A stretch of DNA of 64,000 nt from a virus, in the IMG/VR virus record IMGVR_UViG_3300049846_002076, positions 1 through 64,000 of that record. One strand, 5' to 3'. This document shows positions 46,001 through 54,860 of this stretch, one piece after another. Below the pieces are notes generated by a model. The model did not search any database and was not told where the DNA came from. It saw nothing but the letters and a program-made list of their open reading frames with translations. Position numbers and translations under genes: made by a program. How positions within the stretch are numbered: the stretch's first letter is position 1; every line of letters starts with the position of its first letter.

Positions 46001-48060
46001 CCAACTGTGCAGGCGAGCGCTTCGATGTTGGTCTCGAACTCGCAGGTCTGCAGGATGTAGCGGTTCATGTTCAACAGCAGACCACCTTCCTTCGCGGCGA
46101 TGTTCTCGTCGGTGCAGCCGAAAAGGGTGATGGCGCTCGAGCGCTGCGGGCGACCCGAGTTGAGCACCGCAGGGTCGTAGACCTTCAGAGTCTCCTGCCT
46201 GTATTTGTTCGTGGCATTGAAGAAGGTGACCGCGATCTCGTTCGCTCGCTCAGTCATCGGGAGCCAGTTGATCTTGAACGAGCCTTTCGCGATGTTGCCC
46301 ATGCCGAACATCATCACGGGTGTATCGGCACGTTCGATCGCGACCGACCAGCGCGTGCCGACGTTTACGAGTTGGGCATGACCCAGTCGACAGACGTATT
46401 GCAGCGCATCCCAGAGTTGAAGCGCAGAATCGAAGACGCCATTGAACTCCAGGTTGTTGTCGTCGCAGTGTTTCGCCCAGTCCTTGAACGCCTCCATGTC
46501 GATGCGACTCTCGGCAAGCTGACCGCCATAGCGCATGTGCGTGAGCATGTCGAGCGCGATCCAGGCGGGATTCGAGTTGTTCCCGTATCCCCATTGCCGG
46601 GTGACTGGATCCCACATCTTGATGACGCGACCGTGATTGACGAAGGTCACGTTGGGGAGTCCGTTCAGTTGATCGGTGAGCTTGACCTTGATCCCGACGA
46701 GTGCCGAATGGTTATAGGCAACCTTCGAGGGCGTGATCTCGTTGATGTCGGAAAGGTAGACCTCGTCCGACACGTAGAGGTCAGTCGACTTCGGCGTGAT
46801 GCGCTTGATGCGAATGTCGTATCTGGCGTTCGCGGCGAGCTTGGGCGTCGAGAAGCTGCGACGCACCGCAGAACGGCTCTTGTCTGTGATGACAAGTTTG
46901 TTCTGGTAGGTGACGTTCTGAGTGGCTTGTGCGATAGCGTAGGTGACCGGACTGCCACCATTGGGGTCAGGGTCGGTGACGTTCTGGTTGTTCGTGGTCG
47001 TGTTCGAGCTTGTGATGTCGGAGATCGCCTGCAGCGGGATCCAGGTGCCGCTACCCATTTGCTTGTAGTCGATTGCGATCTCGACGCTGTAGCTCTGAAG
47101 TGATCCGTCGTCCTTGTTGACCTTGAAGAGTCCGCCAGGAAAGACGACATCGAAACGCAACTTCTCGCACGTCCCGGGTGTCGTGTAAGACCAGAATGTC
47201 CCGTCGTTCGGGATTTTCATCTGGACGTTGCGTGCCGTGAACGAGTCGTTGAACCAGTCGATGAGCTCCTGGTTCGCGGTGCCCATGCGAGTCTTCCACT
47301 CAGCGTTCTGGAAGTTCCCGATCGGCTGATCGTTCAACTCGATCTGGTCGATGTTGAGGATGGGCCCTTCACCCGCGTTGATGAGCATGTAGAGCATCTG
47401 CGTCGCTTCGACGTTCTCCACATAGAGGCCGATGATGTTACCGGCCATGCGGTGCGAGCCGTAGCAGACGGGAACCGCGATCCCTTCGGCAGACGAGTTC
47501 TTCGGGCCGTCGATGCCGTAGGTGTTCGTCTGGTCGCCCATGCCGTTATTCATGTTCGGCTGCACGGGCTTCACCGGAAGCAGGGAGTTCACCAGCATCG
47601 AGCCAGCGATCATGATCCCCGCTTGCGCGATTGCGGTGCCCGCCGCGAGAGACATATTGAAAGTCGACGACAGGTAAGAGCCAACGCCAGGGGCGAAATA
47701 GTTCGCAATCACTGTGACCGCGATCATCGCGACGATACGCAGGATGTTCTTGCCCCCTCCCCCGCCCTCGGGCACAGGGCACATGACGATGTGATCGTCG
47801 GGCTTGAGGAAGGTCTTGGTGTAGTTCTCGGGGTCGATGATTCCGCCGTTGACGCTGATGACGTATTCGGCATGCGCCATCACGGTCGGGACAAGGTCGA
47901 CGACGAGCATCCCGGGCATCCAGGGCTGCTGGTGGCGGGTGTGTTCCCTCGGATCGAACGGGTTTGTGATCGTGATGATCGTGAGCCCGGCGTCAGCCGA
48001 GATCAGTTCGCCTTCAAGCGCGGGACGATCAGCGATTTCCGACATAGCGGTAGTAGTCAT
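43057..48060 (-). CDS. Central tail fibre / tip attachment protein (lambda J-like with N-terminal I-like region; start re-called at MTTTAM)
   Basis: VPVCYG...AGN, EGPI, SNPAWIALDML, FN3-like domains, YTVKIDNNGYVTGFGL, DNF..G..GWRI. Confidence 0.9.
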   Translation of the reverse strand: MTTTAMSEIADRPALEGELISADAGLTIITITNPFDPREHTRHQQPWMPGMLVVDLVPTVMAHAEYVISVNGGIIDPENYTKTFLKPDDHIVMCPVPEGGGGGKNILRIVAMIAVTVIANYFAPGVGSYLSSTFNMSLAAGTAIAQAGIMIAGSMLVNSLLPVKPVQPNMNNGMGDQTNTYGIDGPKNSSAEGIAVPVCYGSHRMAGNIIGLYVENVEATQMLYMLINAGEGPILNIDQIELNDQPIGNFQNAEWKTRMGTANQELIDWFNDSFTARNVQMKIPNDGTFWSYTTPGTCEKLRFDVVFPGGLFKVNKDDGSLQSYSVEIAIDYKQMGSGTWIPLQAISDITSSNTTTNNQNVTDPDPNGGSPVTYAIAQATQNVTYQNKLVITDKSRSAVRRSFSTPKLAANARYDIRIKRITPKSTDLYVSDEVYLSDINEITPSKVAYNHSALVGIKVKLTDQLNGLPNVTFVNHGRVIKMWDPVTRQWGYGNNSNPAWIALDMLTHMRYGGQLAESRIDMEAFKDWAKHCDDNNLEFNGVFDSALQLWDALQYVCRLGHAQLVNVGTRWSVAIERADTPVMMFGMGNIAKGSFKINWLPMTERANEIAVTFFNATNKYRQETLKVYDPAVLNSGRPQRSSAITLFGCTDENIAAKEGGLLLNMNRYILQTCEFETNIEALACTVGSLIYIQHDMPNWEWSGRLAAGSTSSVLQLDRPITFPAGSYKALVIYPSVQVGSATVTSVNTTEKYVGFSSLPAGNFKRVSINGVERAAQRSASTNYIWVDDVSGISNGQVATFYDTDVIVEADVVNPVATVSSVTLTAPLAPGAPAEYSHWMIGPVTKVKRKFRVKNITAGSDDLKRHVTCVQYDEAVYNVSGYTGPGGIVPPGGPTNPGYALSHVQNLSVYEEVYISGAQVKNRITLAWSPPQYGIYKGADVYVSVNNDPMKKVTEAVGAPRYSMDADVGSVVKFKVVAFDMFDKRANFDTAPTLTYTVTGTSTTPPQTPPVTGLNIIWSGRDCKLYWRYNSRNNSYEIGSEPYGADSGSLDPSILDYEVKVYHNVNVGSPNAQTWVYKRTEYTTRPAFTYTYEMNQADGLKRHLKFEVRVRPKIGAPGPIAFATAYNPPPWLYGLKVKNVSFETAEVIYNRPTDPDFDGVLLYVSQNSNIPETPETLAYDGPNTSIILNKLGADTVYWVKAAAYDTFGKTGLNFTQPISFKTTFMDINAIADGIVGVDKLDALLRSRIDLVDGDMPNSVNARILGEANARQAAVLSEQTARQNADSSQAAKTDTVYAALAGVGSAAAQEAIMANLTSQGGTASILDSLSVSVANAQAAISTEQSVRAAADTSQATSITTLTSKVDLKNRTFFQNAAPVSDSNYTLVVNDVWIETDNNNKRYMWNGATWLATAENALLSGNRVFHQSSAPASDASYTLRVSDLWFDTLDGNRAYRWNGTAWVASADDRITSHTTSIQTMQTTIDGIEGQYTVKIDNNGYVTGFGLASTGVQDPATGLFRFSSEFEVLADKFSIRFPSYPTAKPFTVGMVNGLARIVVDGALIGDATITNAKIGNEIKSDNFEAGVAGWRIQKNGTAEFDKLVLRGWKSTTVYVPNNGTATHNWGESRTTAPVVTVVSSAGSAAINSLSSTGITVRLDFSSGGNVDIYWF

Positions 48061-48421
48061 GGATGCGTTGACTCCAGTCGGCCAGGCGTTCGACGACGAC
48101 CCCGCCCGATCCTTCCCAGGTGTGGATGAAGCGATCGGCCGGCAGCACGATCCCGCAATGGGCGATCCGCCCCAGGATCTTGATGACGACCACCGCACCG
48201 GGTTCGGGGCTGGTGGGCTCCCAGAGCTGAAGCTGGTTCATCATCAGTGCCGAAATGTGCGGGCGGTCGCTCGGGGAGCGATAGTCGGGCAGCAACACCC
48301 CCTGACGACGATGGAGCTCGCGCACGAGCCCGTAGCAGTCGAAGGTGTCGGGGCCCCGACCGCCGTAGGCGAACGGGGTTCCGACCAGGTCGGCAACCTC
48401 AGAAGTATCTGGAGCCCGCAT
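48029..48421 (-). CDS. NlpC/P60 tail assembly protein (lambda K-like)
   Basis: GTPFAYGGRGPDTFDCYGLV...HCGI...FIH. Confidence 0.85.
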   Translation of the reverse strand: MRAPDTSEVADLVGTPFAYGGRGPDTFDCYGLVRELHRRQGVLLPDYRSPSDRPHISALMMNQLQLWEPTSPEPGAVVVIKILGRIAHCGIVLPADRFIHTWEGSGGVVVERLADWSQRIHDYYRYVGNR

Positions 48422-49049
48422 TGTTGATCCCCGGGAATGCCCCGAAGTTGGCTTCGTTGTTGTGGGCCTTGCAGCCGTTGGGGCCGGAAAGGGTGAAGTC
48501 GCAGCCGACGATGCCGCCGGCGTATTTGCATGTGGCCGGATCCTTATAGCGCCAGGCGCAGAAGTTCTTGACCTGCAGACGCCGCGGGAAGAGCTTCGTC
48601 AGGGGGTTTTCCGCCCCGAGCGTGAAGGAGCAGACGTATTCGGAGACCGACGCCCCGATGATCTCGAAGAAGAACTGCACCTCGGGCTTGAGGCTCGGAA
48701 GGGTGCCAGTCGTGCCATGCACGACCGAGACTGTGACCTTGAAGCCCACCCCGCCGCCGTAGCTCTCGAGGCGCTGCGCGATCGTCTTCGTGTAGTCGAC
48801 GACCGTCAGGTTGATCTCGGGCTGCGCTCCCGCCTCTTCCTTCAGCTCGACATCGAACTCGGCGGCGGTGTAGACGTTGCCGTTCCAGGTGACGTTTTCG
48901 CTGTTCTTGACCAGGCGGAGCGTCTCGACGTCGCTTTGTGTCGACGGGTCGACCACCGTGACGTCCAGGCACAGGAGGAAGGGGACGGCTGAAGCGACCT
49001 TGTTCTTCTCGAGAACGGTCGCGATCGAGAGGGATTTGTTGGCAGGCAT
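48399..49049 (-). CDS. Minor tail protein (lambda L-like)
   Basis: FPRR...CAWRYK...CKY...CD.T...GC..H.N..NFGAFPG. Confidence 0.85.
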   Translation of the reverse strand: MPANKSLSIATVLEKNKVASAVPFLLCLDVTVVDPSTQSDVETLRLVKNSENVTWNGNVYTAAEFDVELKEEAGAQPEINLTVVDYTKTIAQRLESYGGGVGFKVTVSVVHGTTGTLPSLKPEVQFFFEIIGASVSEYVCSFTLGAENPLTKLFPRRLQVKNFCAWRYKDPATCKYAGGIVGCDFTLSGPNGCKAHNNEANFGAFPGINNAGSRYF

Positions 49050-49055
49050 AGGCGT

Positions 49056-49084
49056 ATTTTGACAGTCAGTGCTGCCTGATGCAA
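49056..49084 (-). promoter_or_regulatory. Promoter TTGCAT-17-CAAAAT with operator AGTCA-GTGC-TGCCT in the spacer
   Basis: -35 at 49084-49079, -10 at 49061-49056, palindrome at 49064-49077. Confidence 0.75.
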
Positions 49085-49088
49085 GGGG

Positions 49089-49118
49089 AAACGAAAACGG
49101 GCGCCGAAGCGCCCGTTT
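49089..49118 (-). terminator. Intrinsic terminator
   Basis: aaacgggcgc-ttcg-gcgcccgttt followed by tcgttt on the minus strand. Confidence 0.85.
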
Positions 49119-49136
49119 GCGGGGTCAGGAGACCTC

Positions 49137-49844
49137 TTAGGCGATCGTGCCGCCGTCGTTCAGGTCGACGCGCCACATGCTGCCGAGCCAGGTCAGGATC
49201 GCCGCCTTGTTCTGCGGGATGGTGATCTTCGTGCCGCCCTGGATCGTGCAGTAGACGACCACCGAGCCGGCGCCGATGTTGACCAGGTTCTTGTCCTGGC
49301 CTTCGTCGCCCGCCGCCAGGATGGCGTTGCCGCCCGTGGCGTTGTTGAAGATCGAGGTCTCGGTGTCGAGGGAGACCGCGTAGTTGGCCTTGCCGTTCGT
49401 CTGGCGGGTCACCACGACCGTGCTGTGGGTCGAGCCGAAGTCGGCCGTGGTCGTGTTGCCCAGATCGCCGGAGAGCGCCACCGGAGTCGCCGTGAGGGCG
49501 GTGTTGGTGTCGGTCTTGGTGAAGGTGAACGCGGCGACCGTCGGTTTGGCTGCCTTGGCGGCGTCGAGGGCGGTGATCAGGTTCGTGATCGAGGTCGACA
49601 GGTCGACCCCCACGTTCCACTGATACGCGGCGGCACCGGAGGCGACGGCGGTGAAGACCACGCCACCGACCGTGACGGTGTCACCGGCGATGTGGTTGCC
49701 CGTGAAGACGATCTTCGACGCGGAGGCATCGGCGCCGCCGGCATAGGCGAAGGTCTCGGGCTCGCCCGTCTTGCCCGCGGCGATCGCGGAAAGCGGGTTG
49801 GTCTTGTAGGCGGGGGTGACGTATTTCGGGCTGTGCATGGTCAT
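49137..49844 (-). CDS. Putative virion decoration protein
   Basis: Own promoter, RBS and terminator; domain similar to the insert in the tail tube protein. Confidence 0.7.
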   Translation of the reverse strand: MTMHSPKYVTPAYKTNPLSAIAAGKTGEPETFAYAGGADASASKIVFTGNHIAGDTVTVGGVVFTAVASGAAAYQWNVGVDLSTSITNLITALDAAKAAKPTVAAFTFTKTDTNTALTATPVALSGDLGNTTTADFGSTHSTVVVTRQTNGKANYAVSLDTETSIFNNATGGNAILAAGDEGQDKNLVNIGAGSVVVYCTIQGGTKITIPQNKAAILTWLGSMWRVDLNDGGTIA

Positions 49845-49865
49845 TCCTTTCTAAGGAGAGTTGAA

Positions 49866-49905
49866 AGCGAGCGCTGACTATACTTGAAAATGAATTTCGT
49901 GTCTA
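49866..49905 (-). promoter_or_regulatory. Promoter TAGACA-17-TATAGT with degenerate operator AGCGA-GCGC-TGACT
   Basis: -35 at 49905-49900, -10 at 49882-49877, palindrome at 49866-49879. Confidence 0.7.
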
Positions 49906-50268
49906 CTAGACCTGCTCGAGGCTCAAGGTGACGTCCCAGAGCTTCGTGTTGCCCATGCCGGCGTAGTCGAAGTTGATCGGCCCCTTGAACCGCACCGTGT
50001 AGACCGTGCTGGTGTCGGGTTCCGTCCAGGTGAATGAGTCGGATCCGCCGGCGACCGTGTCCCAGAAGGTCTCCAGGGTCAGCTTGTCGGCGTTGAGCAT
50101 GCTCTTCCAGCCGATCGTCCAGGTGCGACGGGCGGCCCGGGTATGCCGCGGGCGCGATGTCATGTAGCCGCCGTCCATCTCGGTGCGAATCGACTTGTCC
50201 TCCTTCGAGACCTTGTAGAGCTTCGAGTCCCACCCTTGGGAGTTGTGGTTCAGGGGGAAGGCGGCCAT
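49906..50268 (-). CDS. Distal tail protein (lambda M-like)
   Basis: IRTEMDGGY...R...GG.DSFTW..P...VRF; follows tape measure. Confidence 0.8.
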   Translation of the reverse strand: MAAFPLNHNSQGWDSKLYKVSKEDKSIRTEMDGGYMTSRPRHTRAARRTWTIGWKSMLNADKLTLETFWDTVAGGSDSFTWTEPDTSTVYTVRFKGPINFDYAGMGNTKLWDVTLSLEQV

Positions 50269-53200
50269 TAGCGCAGCGCTCCTTTCATGCCGTCACGGAA
50301 GTTGCCGGGACGGGAGACCGCCGAGAGCACCACGTCGAGGATGAGCTTCTGGCCGTCGAAGCGGGGTTGACCCTGCTGCTCTGCCTCGACCTGCTGGCCG
50401 GTCTGGTTGATGACGTTCACGACGACGTTCGGGGCGCCGCCCTGCATGCTCACCGGGATCGACCGACCGTCAGGCAGGGGAACGTAGGCTTCGGGACGGG
50501 AACCCTCTCCGAACAAGGCGACCTGGGGCGACTTGGCGACACCACCGTAGGCATACTTGCGAAGCGGGAGCGGGCCTTCGGGGGTCATGATGCCGCCCTT
50601 CGCGAAGGTTCCGTCCGGCGAGGACATGTAGCCTGCCGGGGGCGTGGCACCAAGACCAAGCCCGTTCAGAATCCACCCACCAATCGAGGGGAGCAGTCCC
50701 GACAGCGGCTTCACGAGCGTCGCCTGAATCTGGATCTTCAGGATGTCCATGAGAATCGACGCAGCGAAGTCGGAGAAGTTGAATTTCCCCGTCTTCACGA
50801 AGTTGAGGACCTCGTTCACGCCGTTCTGCGCCCACTGCGCGGTGGCGTTGTCCATTTGGGTCGCGGTGTCTTTCCACGAGTCGAGCATCTTGTCGACCGC
50901 GGTCTTGTGCTGCCGGAAGAAGGCAGCTTCGTTCGCCGCCATGTTGTCCAGCATCATCTTGTGGGCATCGTTCACGAAGATCATCGCCCAGGCCCATTCC
51001 TCGGTGTAGGGCTGCAGCCCGGCAAGCGCCGCGGTCTTCATCGCGTCGAATTGCTTGACCAGACGCTCGTTCGACGCTTGCAACGATGCCCGGGCGCGTT
51101 CCATCGGGTTCTCGATCGCGTCCGCAGCAAGGGTTTGGGTCTTCGCACGCAAGTCGCTTGCGAAATTCATCAGGGCAGCGAGGCCCGTGTTCTGGGTGAT
51201 CTGCGCGGCTTTCTGGTCGAAGGTCTCAATCTCGCCCGTCAGACGAATGATGCCCTGGCGAATGTTCTCGATTTCCTCGGGCTTGAGCTTGCTCAGAATC
51301 TTCGGGTCGGAAAGCTGAGTCTCGAGCCCGGCCCGGGTGTCGATCAGGGTCGCCCGCATCTTCGCGAGACTCTGCTCGACCTTCATGACGGCCGACGACC
51401 GGCGCTCGGCGTTTTCAGGATCCCAGAAGCGCTCGGAAGACTGCGCCAGGTCTTCGATGCTCTTGGCGAGCTCCTTGTTGGCATTGCCGATGATCTGGTT
51501 ATTCTTCGTCGCGATTTCGGCGATCGTGAGATAGAAGCCCTCGAGGATCAGACGGGAGTCATCGGCGGCGGGGCGAATGAGCTTCTTCGGGTCAGCGGCG
51601 TCCGCGACGTCATAGCGCCCTTCCTTCAGCATGCCCTGAACGCGACGGGTCACGCGCTCGTAGACCTCGGAGACCGTCACCGTGCCATCTTCGATCTCGC
51701 CGAGCTTCGCGAGAGCCTCGTTCATCTTGATGCGGGCATCTTCGAGGGAGCGGGTGAGAGGCTCCTCGCGACGATCCTTCTTCTCCATCTTCATCTGGTT
51801 GTCGGCGAACTTGCGCGACTCGCTCACCAGATCCATCTGCTGAGAGATGAGACGCTTCACCGCGTTCAGGCGACCCTGCGCCTCGGGACTCAGGGGCCCC
51901 TTGTCGTATTCGGCTTCGAGACGCGAGCGAATCCCCTGCAGCGCCGCGAGTTCCGCCTCCGCCTGCTTCGCGCCGATCTCCCCGATCTGCTTCGCGAACA
52001 GGGTGAGCTTGTCCTTCTTCTTCTCCGGCGAGACGCTGGTGTCGAGCTCGAGCTCGTTGCGCTTTTCCTTCACCCGGTCGCGCTGCTCGTCGAACCCCTT
52101 CGCGATCGCGATCTTGGCGGCGTCGAATTCCTTCTCGATCGCACTGGCGCCGACCTTCGCGTTGTTGTCGGAGACCTGCTTCATCGCCTCGTTGCGATCT
52201 TTCGTCGCCGCGGCGAGCTCTTCCTTCCACTCGGCGAGCTCCTTCTCGAAGGCAGCACGCATCTTCGGGCGGTTGCGAAAGCGATAGTCCTTGTCGGTCG
52301 CCGGCAGGGACAGAATCTTCTCGCGCTCTTCGATCTTGCGCTTGAGCTCCTCGACCCGGGCGTCGGTCGAATCGAGGGTTTCCTTGTCCGCGGTGCCGCT
52401 CGCCAGGGCACGCTTGACCTTCTCGATCGCCTCTTTGCCGCGATTGCCCCACTCCATCCAGAGCGGGATGCCGATCGAGAGCACCGTGATGAGCACTCCA
52501 AACGGGCCGCCGAGCGCAGCCAGCAACCCGCGCAGACCCGCTGCAGCCAACCCCAGTGCCCCGAGCGACTTGCCGGCATTCGCGGCAGAGTCGGCTTGAC
52601 GACCGAGGACGGTGATTTGGTTGCGGTGCTCTTCCGAGGTCTTGGCGATCTCGGCACGGAGCTCCTGGTTCTTCTTCATCTGCTCGTCGGCGATACGGGC
52701 GGCAGTCTGGGACGCGGCGATCTGACCCGCGATTGCGGCCTGGTCGACGTAGCGGCCACCGACCTTGGTGCCGTCGATTGTCGTGCCCGCGGCATAGCGT
52801 CCGGCACGGGAGATTGCCTCGAGGTTCGCGATGCGGGCGAGGTGCTGCGCGTGCTGCGTCTCGAGCGCGGCGTATTCAGCACGCTTGCGTGCCATGATTT
52901 CAGCGGAAGCGGCCACCGCCATTTCCCGCTCGGTGATCTGCGCCCGCGCAACCGCGGCGATGCGTTCGTTCAGGGCTGCATTCGCCTGCTGCATTGTCAC
53001 CATTTGGGCCCGGAAGGGCGCCGCCAGGGCACCGGAGGCGGAAACCGCCCATTCCTTCAGCTTATTCGCCCCAAAGAACACCGCGGCGGCGATTGCGAGA
53101 TCCTTGATCAGCGTCGACATCTCGTAGAGCTGCTTGACGAACTGGGTGCCGTAGATGACCGCGGTCTTCAGTCCTTCACCCACCTCATACGCGAAGCGCT

Positions 53201-54095
53201 TCGCTTCGGGCCCCTTGAGCATTTCCATCAGCTCGCGGGTGCTTTCCTTGAGTGCCCCCATGAAGCCCTGACCTGCGGCGTTCTCGAGCAGACGCCAGGT
53301 CGTCTCCAACTGCTGCACGAGACCGACCCAGGTGTCCATCATCGCGGCAGCGGCGCCCCGGTTCTGAAGCTGCATCTGCACGAACATCCGGGCAAGACCT
53401 TCCCGGGCCTGCACTTCGCCCTTGGAAACGTGCTTGACGAACTGCGCCATGCTGTAGCCGGTGCCGTCCGCCATGAGCTGCATCGCGTTGGGGACAGCCT
53501 CGCCCAACTGCTGCCGCAGCTCTTCCATGGAGATGACACCCTTACCGGCCATCTGCTGAATCGCGATCGAGGCACGGTGCAGGGTTTGGGAGTCGCCGCC
53601 GAACTTCGCGACCGAGTTGATGAGTCCGTCGAAACCGCCCTTCATCGGGTCGACGCCGGCGCTCTTGAACTTCACGAAGGCGTCGGTGAGCGCCTTGATC
53701 TCGAACGGGGCGCGTTGAGCTGCGTCGATGATGAAGCCGAAACTCTGTGCGGCATCGGCTTTCTTGGCGGCCTCGCCCGTGGCACGGGACAGACCTTCCA
53801 TGAGCTTCGTCAGCCGTTCCATCTCGCCGGACGTCTTCACGATCGAGCGCGGCAGACCCAGGATGACGTCGTTGAAGTCCATCAGGGCGAAGCGTGCCGC
53901 CCCGAGCATGACGACGAAATGCCGGAACGAGGTCAGGAGACCCTGGTGATGCGCTTTGTGCTTCTCGAGCGCCGCGTCGGCCTGTTGAAGCTGGCGGGTG
54001 AACGTCGAAATGACGCTCCCCGCCTTCGTCGTGGTGACGGTGAATCCCCGATCCGTGAGGGTCAGGTCGACATTCAGTTCACCGACTGTTGCCAC
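50268..54095 (-). CDS. Tail tape measure protein
   Basis: Long Ala-rich helical protein; AIQQMAGKGVISMEELRQQLGE; C-terminal FAKGG...GE...EAYVPL. Confidence 0.93.
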   Translation of the reverse strand: MATVGELNVDLTLTDRGFTVTTTKAGSVISTFTRQLQQADAALEKHKAHHQGLLTSFRHFVVMLGAARFALMDFNDVILGLPRSIVKTSGEMERLTKLMEGLSRATGEAAKKADAAQSFGFIIDAAQRAPFEIKALTDAFVKFKSAGVDPMKGGFDGLINSVAKFGGDSQTLHRASIAIQQMAGKGVISMEELRQQLGEAVPNAMQLMADGTGYSMAQFVKHVSKGEVQAREGLARMFVQMQLQNRGAAAAMMDTWVGLVQQLETTWRLLENAAGQGFMGALKESTRELMEMLKGPEAKRFAYEVGEGLKTAVIYGTQFVKQLYEMSTLIKDLAIAAAVFFGANKLKEWAVSASGALAAPFRAQMVTMQQANAALNERIAAVARAQITEREMAVAASAEIMARKRAEYAALETQHAQHLARIANLEAISRAGRYAAGTTIDGTKVGGRYVDQAAIAGQIAASQTAARIADEQMKKNQELRAEIAKTSEEHRNQITVLGRQADSAANAGKSLGALGLAAAGLRGLLAALGGPFGVLITVLSIGIPLWMEWGNRGKEAIEKVKRALASGTADKETLDSTDARVEELKRKIEEREKILSLPATDKDYRFRNRPKMRAAFEKELAEWKEELAAATKDRNEAMKQVSDNNAKVGASAIEKEFDAAKIAIAKGFDEQRDRVKEKRNELELDTSVSPEKKKDKLTLFAKQIGEIGAKQAEAELAALQGIRSRLEAEYDKGPLSPEAQGRLNAVKRLISQQMDLVSESRKFADNQMKMEKKDRREEPLTRSLEDARIKMNEALAKLGEIEDGTVTVSEVYERVTRRVQGMLKEGRYDVADAADPKKLIRPAADDSRLILEGFYLTIAEIATKNNQIIGNANKELAKSIEDLAQSSERFWDPENAERRSSAVMKVEQSLAKMRATLIDTRAGLETQLSDPKILSKLKPEEIENIRQGIIRLTGEIETFDQKAAQITQNTGLAALMNFASDLRAKTQTLAADAIENPMERARASLQASNERLVKQFDAMKTAALAGLQPYTEEWAWAMIFVNDAHKMMLDNMAANEAAFFRQHKTAVDKMLDSWKDTATQMDNATAQWAQNGVNEVLNFVKTGKFNFSDFAASILMDILKIQIQATLVKPLSGLLPSIGGWILNGLGLGATPPAGYMSSPDGTFAKGGIMTPEGPLPLRKYAYGGVAKSPQVALFGEGSRPEAYVPLPDGRSIPVSMQGGAPNVVVNVINQTGQQVEAEQQGQPRFDGQKLILDVVLSAVSRPGNFRDGMKGALR

Positions 54096-54110
54096 GACGT
54101 TTTCCTTTCG

Positions 54111-54425
54111 TTATTGAAGATTCCGCAGTTCGTCGAGTCCTGCTTGATCCAAGGGTTCTTCGCGAATGTCGGGCATCGCAACATCCCCGATGCCCAACAC
54201 CAGTTCTTCGGAGAGTTCGGTCGCCGCCTCACTGTTCTGCGCTGCGATCGCGATCCGAAGATTGCGAAGGCTATCCTGGGCACGCAGTCGATCGACGTTA
54301 CGAGAGAACACCCAGAAGGCGCGAATCGGCATCTTCATCACTTCCGCGTATCCCATGCAGTAGAACGAACTCACACGGCATACGAGAAAGCTGAAGTCGA
54401 CCGAGCCCTCCTTCAGGACTTTGGG
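54111..54425 (-). CDS. Tail assembly chaperone, -1 frameshift extension (gpT-like)
   Basis: Frame is open from the slippery heptamer CCCAAAG (54425-54419) to the stop at 54111. Confidence 0.75.
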   Translation of the reverse strand, partial: PKVLKEGSVDFSFLVCRVSSFYCMGYAEVMKMPIRAFWVFSRNVDRLRAQDSLRNLRIAIAAQNSEAATELSEELVLGIGDVAMPDIREEPLDQAGLDELRNLQ

Positions 54426-54766
54426 TCAGCGGCCTCCTCTGTGTTGGTGAGGACGCCGGGCGCTGCGCCCGCACCGTCGAACTCGCCGTTGATGTGGCTC
54501 ACCAGTGCGGTGAGCTGCGGAATCTTGAGACCCTGCAGCACGTCTTCCGGGCACTCCGGCATGGCGAGGCGGATCGTCGAGATCATCGAATGGATGTGGT
54601 CTGCCTCGGTGAGGCCGACCTGCTTCTGCTTCTCCTCGAGCTTCTTCACTTCCTGCGAATAGGCGATGAAGCCCTCGACGCTCATCTCCTCGATCTTGTA
54701 GGTGACTCCCTTGATCGTGACGGCGCGGGTGACTTTCGCGAGTTCGTCCAGGTTCAGAATTTGCAC
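54413..54766 (-). CDS. Tail assembly chaperone (gpG-like)
   Basis: Between tail tube and tape measure; ends GAC CCA AAG TCC TGA. Confidence 0.82.
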   Translation of the reverse strand: MQILNLDELAKVTRAVTIKGVTYKIEEMSVEGFIAYSQEVKKLEEKQKQVGLTEADHIHSMISTIRLAMPECPEDVLQGLKIPQLTALVSHINGEFDGAGAAPGVLTNTEEAADPKS

Positions 54767-54800
54767 GACATCTCCTTCAGGGGTTGGGGATCGAAAGCCG

Positions 54801-54826
54801 AAAGACCCCCGCTCATGGCGGGGGTC
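54801..54826 (-). terminator. Intrinsic terminator after tail tube gene
   Basis: gacccccgc-catga-gcgggggtc-ttt. Confidence 0.75.
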
Positions 54827-54860
54827 ATCGGGCTATGTTTCACTGCGGGGTAGGGCTAGG

